64,000 nucleotides of DNA. Origin: Mizuhopecten yessoensis. Lineage: Eukaryota. The stretch covers positions 1,068,436 through 1,132,435 of the forward strand of contig NW_018407065.1 in the NCBI RefSeq assembly GCF_002113885.1, given 5' to 3'. Shown one piece after another: positions 26,501 to 39,310 of this stretch. Under the pieces are notes generated by a model that was not told where the DNA came from, did no database searches, and saw nothing but the letters and a program-made list of their open reading frames with translations. Position 1 is the first letter of the stretch. Every line of letters starts with the position of its first letter. The position numbers were made by a program, and so were the translations under genes.

Positions 26501-29500
26501 TTTAACATTAAATGAATTAAATAAAAATGTGTTTCTCTTTCTAAAACATCTACAAAAATGGGGGGTCAGTGTTTTTCTTTTTTTGTCCCATTATCATTTG
26601 TGTATTTTTTTTACCTTTTTCGGAGTCAAAAATCAAAAGTGCTTCAGTTACATTAAATACGTAAATTTTTTATAAATAATGTATAATTTTCCAGTTTTTT
26701 GCATACTAATTTTATCATATTGAACATTATAAAGTTGTACAGCAAAATTGACCCTGCTACAATTAAAAATGGCAACACAATGACAATTTAAGTGATCAAT
26801 CTAGTGTCAAAAAGGTGAAATTTTGGCCTTTTTTGAAGCGCAAGAAATACACATTTTCAAAATGGCCGCCAAATTGGTAATTTTTTTAAATTCTTGTAAA
26901 ATAAGTTCTACAAACAACAGGCATCTAGTTTTTTGTCATATTTCTCAGATGCGTGTTTGCTAATAAACCTATCATAATTTGTTAAATATTACAAAAATCC
27001 ATTACACCAGATCAAAACGAGACTTGAATGTGATTGAAACCTCAGACGAGTACATCCTTAAGGTGCCAAGGTTTTTATAGAAGAGTGTCAAATTATAAAA
27101 CAACATTTTCTTTTTTCCCTCTTTTACAAGTGTTATCATTAAATGTAATCATTGATAAAATCTATTTATCTTGTCTTTTAATTGAAGGAGGAAGCCTGGT
27201 CCAAAAACAAATGCAGAACAATACAAGAAAGCTGAAGAGAGAGAAATGGAAACAATTGCTATGATGAGAAAAGAGTTGGTTAAAAAACGTAAACTAGCCC
27301 AAGAGTCATACAAGAAAGCTATGACTGGCTCAGCCTGCCAACCTGTTCATGCTCATAAATTGCCAACGATGCCGCAGGGTTTCCAGTTCCAGACTGACAG
27401 TCGTATTAAGTCTCATGGGATGGAGACCCGCAGTGAGAGTAGAGAGAGGGACTTCGTGGAAACCCTTCGTTCCAGCACTGCAACTAAGACGTCTGTTAGT
27501 ACTTGTTCCTGTCGTTTGTGTACTGGTATCTGAGAAACTTTTCAACAACATTGATAAGTAATAACGGAAGTCTCATTTTTTTTTTCAGATATCAATTATA
27601 AATGTGTAAAAAATATATTTTTATATCATAGTTCATGATTATAGTTATGGTCAAAGAGCTATGTGTTGTTTATAGTTGCTCACATTGTCACAGTATTGAT
27701 TGATGGATTAATTGAAATTAATCTTAAGCCCAAACAGGTAGCAAACCAAAAGGGCCCAACCATCCCTAAACCATTCAAACTGACCGACTGTAAGAAGCAT
27801 AAGATGGGCAGTATGGATGACCTGTCTAAGGCTGATACCTTCCAGAGTATGGCTGAAAAGGTGAAGGCCTTCCACAGGCAGACACCAGAACGCTTCAAAT
27901 CCAGGGGTCGTATGTGCAGTGCCAACAAAGGTAGGACAAAATCTAGCTCCTGGGGTATTATTGGCAGTGCCGACAGAGGTAGGAAAAAATCTAGATCCTG
28001 GGGGATTATTGGCAGTGCCGACAGAAGTAGGATAAAATCTAGCTCCCGGGGTATTATTGGCAGTGCCGCCAGAGGTAGGATAAAATCTAGCTACTGGGGT
28101 ATTATTGGCAGTGACGACAGAGGTAGGATAAAATCTACCTCCTGGGGTATTATTGGCAGGGCAGACAGAGGTAGGATAAAATCTAGCTCCTGGGGTATTA
28201 TTGGCAGTGCCGACAGAGGTAGGATAGAATCTAGCTCCTGCGGTATTATTGGCAGTGCCTGTAGATGTATGACTAAAACTAATTGGCATTTTCAATTAAG
28301 ACTTTGCAATAGAGCACCCCTTCAGACAACATTTTTGTCAGGAGACAAAAGCCTGTTTAAAAAAATAATTAGTGGAATATTCTCGGTTTCCTATATTTTT
28401 CCATGCATATGTTGTCCACTTAGTCTTGTGCAAAATATCAAAATATTCACCCTCCTTGTGAACTATAACAGTTTTTCATCAAATTAGCATAGGTATCCTC
28501 AATTTAGTTTTTTTATCCTCCCCAAAATACTTTCTGTTACTTTAGAAATGAAGAATTACGGTAATAAGTCAAAAGAATAAAAGTGCATTTTTGAATTACA
28601 GAAACCATATTTTGCTAATGCTCATAAACAGACACTGTAGACAGGTTTTAACTTACTTCTTTTGAATGACTGTATTATAGCAGGGCACAGGCTAACCAGC
28701 CATCCATTCGTCCTGACCAGGTGAAAATTGAAAAGGAAGAGTGGAAATTACAACCACACTAAGGACTTGTCCCGATGCATAGTGAAAAATAATATAAATC
28801 TACACTATTTCTATCACTTAAACATTGTGATGAATACTAAATGGATCTCTTTTACTAAGTTACTTTGGTTACACAGAGAGAGCATATTTCTACACTTCAT
28901 AATGCTCTGTAACTAACTGATATGAATCATGGAACAGAAGTTGTGAAAATGTGTCTTTTTCGCAAAGGGTATCAACAATAATAATACGACATGTTTGATG
29001 GAGGTAATCAAACATGCATGTTGCTACTTTCGATACGTAGGAAGTTTATGCATGATAAATACAAGCGGGAGTTTTCAGAAAAAAATGAGGGCTACGATAT
29101 GTCAGTTAGAATTTTTGAATAATTTATGCACGCTTGTTTTGTGTATGGGATGTCATCACAAGTTGTAATAATAATAATTTGAGGTTGTTGTATACCCCTT
29201 TATCACAACCTAGTTCATAGGTCGTCTCAAAGCGGTTCACAAATTATTATTCGTGGTTATAGGGCCTTTGCAACCAGCCATTACCTTTTTCAATTCCTGC
29301 GAGAGCATACAGCCGGAGCTGCCATTTCGGCGCTAACCGCTAGCATTCAACAATTCTAGCACTGCCTAAACCACATACTCATTTACAGCTGAGTAGACTG
29401 GAACAAGCGGAGTAAAGTATCTTGCTCAAAGATATAACACAGTGCCGTGCCGTGACTCGTAACATGCAACCCTTCGGTCACAAGCCCGGCATCCTACCAC

Positions 29501-32500
29501 TAGACTAGCTACCGTGCCTCCATTCATAAGTTGTATTGATGGTAAATAAAGATTTATAGGAAATGCACAATCTGTAAATATAACTGAACAAAAAAGATAG
29601 CAAATAGAGCATGAAATAGGGCATGGCAAATTGACCATCATTTTATTAATAAATTTCTCATAAAAACATGACATGGTCGTTATAAAAAGCGACACAAGTA
29701 GTAAATTAAAATGCCTTCAAATCGCCCTGCATCTGTGGTCCGTGGTCCTTGGTCTGTCCTTAAACAATTCTTCATATCGCTATTTCTCAGGAAGTACCAG
29801 AGGGGTCTTTCTCAAATTTGATATGCAGGTTTTCCTTGCTCCCTCGTTGTGCAGGTTAAATTTTGAGACTGATCAGATAAATAAAAAGGCCGACAGGCAG
29901 CCATCTTGGTTTTTGACAGTGAAGGTTTGTTATGGCTATTACTCAGGAAGTACTGGCCATGGAGAGATCTCTTGTTCATAATCTCAGGTGCACAATAACA
30001 TTTCCTGAGTGGAATTTTTCTTACACTAGGCACAGTGCCTAGTTGTTTAAAATATTAAACCTGAACCCTGAATTGGCACTGTAAAGTTTTCACCTTTGGA
30101 CTAACCAATGCAGAAACCAGATTTTGTTTTTGTTTTTTGAGTGTGTCTATTTATAATTTTCTTTTGTGACAAAACAAACTACCAGTTTTTTAAGGGAATA
30201 TATTTTTAATCAAATCCATTGAATTTGATTCCTTATCAGGTGAAGGTGTCCGAGGAAGATCAAGATCACCAAACAAGGTATTGACTGTTCCAAAAACTCC
30301 ACAGTTTGAGACTCGAGGCAGAACCCGGTCTTATCACATACCAACTCACCAAGAAAGGGAGGAAGAGGAAGTTCAGGAAATGGTCAAGTACGTTTCAATG
30401 AATATAAGAGTCATTGAGGACCGTTTCAAAAACTATAACGGATAGGAGAGAAGGGGGAAGTGCTTCAAGCAAAAATGAGATCCCCTTTGGGATCATTGTG
30501 CAAACATTGAACCATCTTGAAAGGTTCTATGTATTATTTGCTCACCTGGAGGACAATAGTGAGCTTATATTATGCCGTGGCGCAGCGTCCGTCGTCAACT
30601 TTTTCTTTAAAACCTATCTCCTCCTTAACGCCAAAGAGGATTTCAACCAAATTTAGTCTGAAGCATCACTAGGGGAGGGCAATCATACTTAAATAAATGG
30701 GGTTGTTTCGACCCCTGAGGCCATGGGGGCGCGCTCTGAAGGGGAACTTAGCTAAATTTGCTTTAAAACGCATCTCCTCCTAAACGCCAGAGAGAATTTC
30801 AACCAAATTTAGTCTGAAGCATCAGTAGGGGGAGGGCAATCATTTCCTAAATAAATGAGACTGGTTCGACACCTGGGGCTAGAAAGACCGGGCCCCAAAC
30901 AGGAAAATTATCTAATATTTTGCTTTGAGACGCTGATACTGCTAATTGCTTGAGTGGATTGTACAAAATTTGGTCAAAAGCATTATTGAGGAAGAACAAA
31001 CATTTCTTAAATGAATCAGGTTGATTTGACCCATGCGGTCCTAAGAAATGGTACAGCCAGATTATATTCTATGGCGTAGTTTTCATAAATTGTTAAAAAT
31101 TGGTTTCTAGGTTTATGAAAGCTTATAGTTGAATGAAAATTAAAGTATTGTCTAATTACACCCTGTAATATGACATATTACTTATTTCAAAATCTGTTAA
31201 CATGACAACTCAATGGAGGGCCCTGATTAGTTGAAAGTCAGATATTGTGGTCCCAGTTGGGTTAGAACATAGATCGTATCTGGTTTTGAGGAAATTTCAT
31301 AGAAAGATGTACTAATGCATTCAGTTGCAATGACTTAAATATAAAACCAGGTGAGCGATACAGGTCCAATGGACCTCTTGTTGAATTTTTCTCTTCTTTT
31401 ATTTGTATGATTGCATTTTTGAGTCATGTTAAAGTAAATGCACCTTGTGCAATTTTTTTAACTTTTGATATTTTTGCAAATGCATTGGAGCATTCTCTTG
31501 TCTATATTTTAATATGGTTGAGTCTTTTGAACTGATTGCGGTTCTCTTAGCCTGTCCTGCTGAAGTCTTTAAGTAAACAAGCTTCGTCTGATTTTAATTT
31601 AGTTTTGTCAAATGATGACCTGGTATTCTGGCCCTAATTTCAATTACAATAGTTGTTGATAGGTCACCAAACTTAAACAAACCACGAATTGTGGTTTTGA
31701 TAATATATTTAGGCCAATGAGTTTTATAAAAGAAAATTCTAAGGAATGATTTTGTCATTTAAAATAACAATTGATTCATTCTGTTGACTAGGAATCAATT
31801 CAAAGCTCATCCTGTGAATGAGAGGATTTTGACCAACCCTAACACCGGTGTGAGGAAGGTGCCATCCAAACCTATAACAACGCCAGAGGAGTTCCACCTT
31901 ACTGCCCCAGACAGGCGGGCACAGGACAGTTCTACTGAGGAAGAGAAATTTGAGTTCCACGCCAAACCATTGCCTATAAAGATACTGGAAGGCCCAGTGG
32001 TAAGAGCGTACAAAAGATTTTACAATGATAAGTGGATTCAGTTTTGCTCTGTTAATTTTTATGAATTTATCATTGCATTATACAAATAAAATTAACGCCT
32101 TAGGTCAAACTTGGAATATCCCGCCCTTGACACATTGCATTCTGTTGGCAGTCTTAAGCTTATATAAATCGGAGTGTTTGACCAGATGTATCAAACCGCA
32201 TTGAGTTAAATAACCATCATAACTTTGATGGGTTCAATTGGACAAGACTCTATATATATGTGAATCCTGTAAATTTCATTCTACTTAGCTTCATTAAATT
32301 TTAAATTACCTTGTTGAAATGTGTTATCCTGAATCTGGAGTTGCAGTGTGCTACATTCTGCCTCATTGTTCGACTGTGCAGTCTATCCATGCTGTAATGG
32401 ATTTTTACTTACAGACATAAAGTTAATTATCCAAAGTCAGTTTTCTCTTGTCACTCCATGCCAGTTTCCCTCACACATGAGAACCTTTGTATGCTTCCAT

Positions 32501-35444
32501 CCAAGCAAACTAGAGTTATTTATTTGTTCATACACACAGTATCTCGATGAGCACACCAACAAAGCATGTCTTGACTTAACCCACTTCTAGCTAGGATTCT
32601 GCAAAGCTAGCTGACTATCTGTATCTGTTATTTATGATAATGTTACACATTCAAAATTCATAAGTTTTCATGATTGTGTACAACAGGGAGTAAAACCAGC
32701 GAAACAAGTGGCCCCAACAGTTCCTAAATCACCTGCATTTGCTTTGAAGAATCGAGTACGGATGCCTGCTGAAATGGAGGATTTTAAGGTACCAACTCTT
32801 TGATTATAAAATCACATTTTATTTGTGTGTAAAAGAAAGAAAAAAATAGTTAACACTGTCAGACTTACTATTCACATGTTTCCTGGTTAAGATTTGTTGA
32901 ATAGAACATGTTATTATTTAATTTCTGCAGATATAAAAGACAGTTTTGTACATCAGTCTACATTTATCAGTTCTAGATCTGCCACCAGATTTTTACAGAC
33001 CTATGAATCTGTACTTATATTCTGTTCTGCAGTCATGTTTAAAGACAAAATCATATGTTTTGTGTGTGATCAGGTGTTCTATGTTGATTTTTCGTTTCAG
33101 AATGAATCCCAGGTGAAGGTCACGGCTAACCCAGTACCTCATGCTGGAGTGCCATTCCAGCCAAAGCTAGGTCACAAGTGCACTGTTCCAGAGCCTTTTA
33201 CCTTTGAGGAAAGGGATCAAGATGTCAGGGCAAAGAAGGAAGAAAAAATCAAGGAAATTTTGGAAGAAGAGAAAAGAGTAAAAAAAATATTCTGATGTTT
33301 TCTTTTGTAACTTCAGTGAATATTTGTGCTATTATGACATTTGGGCAAATGCCTATCAAATTTTAAGCGTTGTAAATTCAGCGCAAAATTACTTTAATTT
33401 GAGGAATTTAGTACACGTAAAAATTGTCCAGATGAATTCACTCATTTCAAATATAATATTCTTCCAATTCAGGCTAGGGAATTCCAGGCTCAGAATTGTC
33501 CGAGCCCGACCTCCGACACACTGCCTCAAAAACAACCAAAACCAGCCACTCAGCCACAACCCTTCAACTTTGACATAGACAATCGAGGAGCCAAGCGAGC
33601 AGAGGAGTGGAGTCGTAAGGTACAAGTACATCACTTTGTCCTTGTGTTGATTGTTACACCACTTTGTCCTTGTGTTGATTGTTACACCACTCTGTCCTTG
33701 TGTTCATTGTGACATTACTTTGTCCTTGTGTTCATTGTGACATTACTTTGTCCTTGTGTTCATTGTGACATTACTTTGTCCTTGTGTTCATTGTTACACC
33801 ACTTTGTCCTTGTGTTCATTGTGACATTACTTTGTCCTTGTGTTCATTGTGACATTACTTTGTCCTTGTGTTCATTGTGACATTACTTTGTCCTCCTGTT
33901 CATTGTGACATTACTTTGTCCTTGTGTATATTGTGACATTACTTTGTCCTTTTGGTTACTGTTATTTCTTTTTGTCCTTGTATTCATCTTTTTATACTTT
34001 AAGATTAAGTGACATGTATTTTAAAATTAGGTTTTAGTTACAGTAACGACTACAATATATGAATTTAAGGTTTACACATTTACATTGCTATTAAATGTTC
34101 TCCTCTCACCTTTACAAGTGTGTAAAAAAGGATAATGACATATTTTACAGATAGGGCTGATGATAACTGCTATACAATAATCATGGTTGTAAGGTTACTA
34201 GGCTTATGGTTTACAGATTGAGGAGGAGCTACGACAGCAGAGACAACAGGCCACGTTCAAGGCGACCAACAGTGATGTTCTCATTAAGAAGCCATTTGTA
34301 CCAGCAAAGTCACTCAAACCACTAACAGGTGATCACAGAACTATATAGTCAAATGTACTTGATTAGAATGGAACTCTGCAACATTTTGCTGAACTAGTGT
34401 GTTGATTTTCTCCTGAACAATGACTGGTCACAATTTCTTAGAATAAAATTAAGCTAAGACTGAAGTGTTACCTGAACTTGGTCTTTGCTTTATACTTTTA
34501 TTATTGCAAATTATATAAATAAATTTTTAAGAAAAAAAACCCCAATATTCCAAAACCTTGCTCCAACTTCATTTTTTACAGAAACTTAAAATTTCTTAGT
34601 CATTGTATGAACTTAAGACTTGCAAATTATGTTGCAATAAAGAATTATGGGGCTATATATAATCCATGTACAATGTATATCTCAGATTTGAAATAATTTC
34701 ATTATTAACTGAACACAATTCACCATCCTCAACACATTTGGTCAGCTGACCATTTGCCTATGGAAATATGCTATTGAAAAGTGGAACAAGAAATTGATTA
34801 CATTGTAATATACTCTACTTATTAGAAGTGCAATGAACAAAGAAGTCTTAGCAAGTATTATATAATTATATACATTGCAATGGAAGAATTGAAATGGTAA
34901 TTGTCAATGCTATTGACATTGATTGTCAGACAGTGAAAGTGACTTATGTCAGGTGTGTGTCTGTCTATATTGACCATATCTCCAGTGTTGAGATATCTAT
35001 TATTTTGTATGTTTTATCAGACGAGAATGTAGCCAAACATCAGTTTCTGTTTATCACTCGGGGTGCAATCTCGCGTCAAGTTTCTGATTCACATGTCATA
35101 TCTTCTGTCTACATGAAAGTTAATTTCCTTGTTAATTCTGCTTTACAGATGTAAATGACTTTGAACTAAACACAGACAAGAGATCCAAATCACGGGAAGT
35201 GTATGAACAAAGGAGGAAAGCCCACGAGGCTGAGGCAGAAGCTTTGAAACGCCAAAGGGAAAAACATCAGGAGGAACAAGAAAAACTGGCCATTGCAAAA
35301 CTAAGAGCAGAAATGGTACCCAAACCTCAACCAGTGAAACGATTTAAGACCGTGGAAGTTTTACCAAGTGAAAGACAACCCACAGTTCCAATGTCACCTA
35401 AATTCTCAACAGACAATCGCCTGCGTAGCAATGTTCGTGTGTGA
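18903..35444 (+). CDS. TPX2: Targeting protein for Xklp2 (TPX2), ~879 aa, 14 coding exons: 18903-19008, 21916-22113, 22582-22704, 23630-23765, 24729-25115, 27188-27494, 27738(or 27729)-27930, 30240-30387, 31792-31999, 32687-32788, 33101-33277, 33473-33619, 34217-34328, 35149-35444
   Basis: Phase-consistent GT-AG chain. N-terminal Aurora-A-binding motif (WEYVAPQFVDF...DDWF), KLTIPNTPTF, FHRQTPERF, LTVPKTPQF, FKAHPVNERIL, FEFHAKPLPIKILEG, PKSPAFALKNR, and C-terminal FELNTDKR...LRAEMVPK...TVPMSPKF. Confidence 0.95.
19638..20720. mobile_element. Foldback element in TPX2 intron 1: ~500-bp imperfect inverted arms with subterminal ACCGAAACGG tandem repeats
   Basis: 19638-~20150 is the reverse complement of ~20239-20718, with scattered mismatches. 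The short spacer contains one N at 20238. Confidence 0.85.
23172..23531 (+). mobile_element. Truncated HINE/Helentron-type non-autonomous element, ending in poly-C and an N
   Basis: The 5' end TTTTTAGCTTACCTG...GTGAGCTTTTGCCATGGC and internal motifs resemble the complete element at 30534-31382. Confidence 0.65.
26073..27057. mobile_element. Non-autonomous DNA transposon, 985 bp, TTAA TSD, 17-bp TIRs starting GG (Kolobok-like)
   Basis: TTAA|GGATGTACACCTCTGAG ... CTCAGACGAGTACATCC|TTAA; TIRs match at 15/17. Confidence 0.85.
27914..28262 (+). repeat. 48-bp tandem array made of the TPX2 exon-7 end plus its 5' splice donor; 7 donor copies
   Basis: Unit GTAGGATAAAATCTAGCTCCTGGGGTATTATTGGCAGTGCCGACAGAG; GT at 27931, 27979, 28027, 28075, 28123, 28171 and 28219. 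Confidence 0.95.
29166..29520 (-). mobile_element. tRNA-derived SINE with a conserved-type central domain and (ATT)n tail
   Basis: On the - strand: tRNA-like head with A-box-like (GGTAGCTAGTCTAGTGG) and B-box-like (GTTACGAGTC) motifs, then TCTTTGAGCAAGATACTTTAC...CCAGTCTACTCAGCTGTAAATGAGTA, ending in ATTATTATT. Confidence 0.75.
30534..31382 (+). mobile_element. Complete HINE/Helentron-type non-autonomous element
   Basis: Subterminal inverted repeats GCTCACCTGG (30540) and CCAGGTGAGC (31347), 5' IR GCTCAC...GTGAGC, a short CGTCCGTCGTC tract, degenerate internal repeats, and a 3' hairpin AGGTCC-AAT-GGACCT followed by CTTGTT. Confidence 0.8.
33632..33985. repeat. 28-bp minisatellite (ACTTTGTCCTTGTGTTCATTGTGACATT), ~12 copies, starting ~12 nt after the TPX2 exon-12 donor
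   Basis: Direct tandem repetition. Confidence 0.93.
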
Positions 35445-36216
35445 TCACCACAATGGTCCTCTTGTAAATTTGTATCAAAGTTTGTGTATATCAGTAAATT
35501 TTTATGAAGGAGCAATGATTATTGGAGTTCTGTGAAAGCCATTATGATTGGACTTGGCCTCATCAAATATGATTTCCTTTGAAATGAATGTGGTATAAAT
35601 TTAAAAAGCAGTTGGAATTTTAATTATAAGTTAGACTCCTTCTAAACAGCTTTATAACAGTAAAGCTTGTTAGTATGAATTAATTTTTTTCAAGAAGGTT
35701 TGCTGTTAATGAAGATCTATTGTAAAGAGACAGAAAAAACTCATAGGTTTGCTTACGTAAAAACAAAATTAACAGGGGGGGGGAGGAGCTCCTATTTCAG
35801 GAAAAGATAAAAACTGTATGAGACCTGATTAAATTGTTTTTGTACCAACTTCTTTAACAACATCAGTTCTCAGAATACACATTTTCTTCTTTGCAACATC
35901 TGTATCTCGATTTTCCTGGTATAGTCGACAACAGCAATAAACAGCATTTACTTATCTTGAATATTTATTTATTACATATAATTTCCCGAGAATGAGTTTA
36001 GGACACAAGATAGACAGTAGCTTTGTTGCATGCACCCCTCCTTTATAGCATGTGAAATAGACAGGAAGTGTACCTGCGACAAGACTACTATTTTACCTGC
36101 TGTAAAGAAAGTTCTTTTATAGCACGGAAACCAGCATTACCTTTAAATAAAATCATTGTAATTTAGTTTTTAATGAAGAATTTAAGATAACCCAGTCTAA
36201 GACAATTCAAGCTAGT

Positions 36217-36420
36217 GATCATTTCGAGATACATGTAAATGTGAATTGATCATTTCGAGATACAGTACATATAAATGTGAATACATTTGAGCATTTCGAG
36301 ATACAGTACATTAAAATGTGCACATATTTGATCTTTTCAAGATACAGTACATGTAAATGTGCACATATTTGATCATTTCGAGATATATCGGCATGTAAAT
36401 TTGCATTGTTTTAATCATTT
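36217..36420. repeat. Degenerate ~41-bp tandem repeat (TGATCATTTCGAGATACAGTACAT...), ~5 copies, in the probable TPX2 3' UTR
   Basis: Direct repetition. Candidate AATAAA signals at ~35936 and ~37558, so UTR membership is uncertain. Confidence 0.75.
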
Positions 36421-37795
36421 TTAGAAGCATATTAATGTGTGTCAGTTTCGTACGTTCGAGATAGAAATATTTTCTTTTATAGAAGATTATTAGGCTTGAA
36501 AATGTCTACTGCAGTTGCATTCATCCCGTTTCATTACATTGATAGCTGGTATAATGAAGCTGCCTGCTGTGAAAGTGGGCCACAGCGCTAGCTTTGTAAC
36601 AGAACTACCTGTTTGTCTTTCCTTTATCTTGTGAAAAGACAAATCTGATTTTCGAAAAGTACCTTTCACAATAGTGTTAATAATTATCATAGTTATGGCA
36701 TGCACTGTTATACTAGGATAACATAACCAGTGACATTATATACAAGGTATGACAGTTAAATTTGAATGAGATGAGTGTGAGTGAATGGAAGTTCGAGATA
36801 TAAATGTAGTTGTAATATAGTGTTTACAATTTTGCACTGATTTGTATTAACACATAATCATGCCAGCACTTAGGAAATGTTATCATTATTTTAGATTTTG
36901 TATCTTATTTTTATGTATCTGATTTCCATATTTCCTTACTTCTACTCTGTTTCCTTGCTATTCTCGTGACTCATTTCTTCATATCGATGGCTATGTGTGA
37001 CTTCTGTTGAATACAATCGGTACCAAACCAAATCATTAGCTCGACTTGTATAAAGTTTGTACAACATTTATTGTCTATATATAGGTATGAGTACATAACA
37101 ATACTAAAAAAATAATTAATTCCTATCTCTAGCGTATGCTGCGAGATTGTTATTTTTTTCAGGGTTTGAAGTAAAATAGTTTGATGAAAACACAAACTTT
37201 TAAAAGTGATATATATATATGAAGTTTGGATTGTAAGATTAATTAACAACGTTATCAGTGGTAAATGCCAGGTCCCAGGAACATCAGAGTAACATCTATA
37301 AACAGAAATTAAAGTCTTTATAATATTAATGTGATATTTCTGTTAAATTTGGATTGAGAGATTGTCTCCCTTTATGTATGCTCCAAATCCATTATTATCA
37401 CACAAAGTGTGATTTAACATCTTTTATAAGTTCATGATTTTATTCCTGGGATCATAATTAATTTTAAGGTTTTGACTATCTGAGAACAACAGATGATTGT
37501 CGTGGGTGTCAACTTTTAAAAAATGACAACAATATGTTATTGTGATAAATGAATGGAAATAAACATTTTACATCATACAATTCTATCTGAATCTTTATTT
37601 ATACCTAAAATCTTAACAATGATCGTCCAAACCAAATATTGTAAATGTACTTATATAAGTAGTGTTTTTAATTGAGCATCTTTGCCTCCATCTCTGATGT
37701 ACTGATTTAAGTACAGCACTAAGGCCAAAATTTTTTATTACTTTGTTCTCAGGCCAATTTTTTTCAAAAGAGATGCGACAGGGAGGTATTTTTTA

Positions 37796-39310
37796 TTTAG
37801 GTCACCTAGGACAAAGTCTCAAGTGACCTATTGCAATCGCCTTTTGTCCGTCGTCGTCCGTCGTGCGTCCGTAAACAATTAACATTTTCAACTTCTTCTC
37901 CAAAACCCCTGAACCAATTAAAATGAAATTTTGCAGAAACCTTCCATGGCCAAAGGTCAACAAAAATAGTTGCCGGTTTGGTCCCCGGCCCCCAGGGGCC
38001 TGAGGGGCGGGGCCAAATAGGGTCAAATTGACTATAATTTCAAAAATATTTTTCTCAAGACCCAGATATGGTAGAATCAAACCCTCTTCATAGATGGAAG
38101 GGTCTTAAGGTGCTCTACCAAAATTGTGAATTTTTTGACCCTGGGGTCTCACGTTTCCCCCTGGGGAGGGGTCAACTTTACAATAGTTTATATAGGGAAA
38201 TCGCATTTTGGACTAACATTTGTTTAATTTCCTTTGCAATTAATTCAATTTGGGTTATCATTATCAGTATTGGGTAGCAGTTTGATAGTATGCACATATG
38301 AGCCCTGACTGACCCCCCGGGGCTGATGGGAGGGGCCAAAAAGGGTTGAATTGACTGAAATTTCAAAAATCTTCTTCTCAAGACCCAGATATGGTAGAAT
38401 CAAACACTCTTCATAGATGGAAGGGTCTTAAGGTGCTCTACCAAAATTGTGAATTTTATGACCCTGGAGTCTCACGTTTACCCCTGGGGAGGGGGTAAAC
38501 TTTACTATAGTTTATATAGGGAAATCACATTTTGGACCAACATTTGTTTAATTTCCTTTGCAATTAATTCAATTTGGGTTATCATTATCAGTATTGGGTA
38601 GCAGTTTGATGGTATGCACATATGAGCCCTGACTGACCCCCCGGGGCTGATGGGAGGGGCCAAAAAGGGTTGAATTGACTGAAATTTCAAAAATCTTCTT
38701 CTCAAGACCCAGATATGGTAGAATCAAACACTCTTCATAGATGGAAGGGTCTTAAGGTGCTCTACCAAAATTGTGAATTTTATGACCCTGGAGTCTCACG
38801 TTTACCCCTGGGGAGGGGGTAAACTTTACTATAGTTTATATAGGGAAATCACATTTTGGACCAACATTTGTTTAATTTCCTTTGCAATTAATTCAATTTG
38901 GGTTATCATTATCAGTATTGGGTAGCAGTTTGATGGTATGCACATATGAGCCCTGACTGACCCCCCGGGGCTGATGGGAGGGGCCAAAAAGGGTTGAATT
39001 GACTGAAATTTCAAAAAAAAATCTTCTCAAAGACCCAGATATGGTAGAATCAAACACTCTTCATAGCATAGATGGAAGGGTCTTAAGGTTTATGACCCTA
39101 GTGTCTCACGTTTACCCCCTGGGAAGGAGAGGAGGGGGGGGGGCAAAATTTATTATGTTTTATAATGGCAAATGATACTTTGAATATAACATTTTAATAA
39201 CTTAATTGGAATTCTAACCCTGAGTTGACAGTTTGATACTTTGAAAATTTTGAGCCAGCCCTACCCCGAAGGGCTGTAGTGTGGAGCCCAAAGGAGTCGG
39301 TGTGCTAAAA
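37796..39310 (+). mobile_element. HINE/Helentron-type element carrying a near-identical 324-bp tandem repeat (~3.3 copies); 3' end degraded
   Basis: 5' TTTAGGTCACCT...AAGTGACCTA IR and a (CGTC)-rich microsatellite, then repeats. Duplicated spurious ORFs ending at 38381 and 38705 are offset by 324 bp. Confidence 0.8.

Noticed and set aside
27663-28487. 274-aa ORF as a stand-alone gene
   Set aside because: It is TPX2 exon 7 plus flanking intron and the 48-bp donor array.
29440-29520. tRNA gene
   Set aside because: The B box is degenerate and the sequence continues into a SINE body and tail, so it is a SINE head.
38068-39014. Repeated 61-69 aa ORFs
   Set aside because: They come from the 324-bp repeat inside a non-autonomous element and show no transposase motifs.
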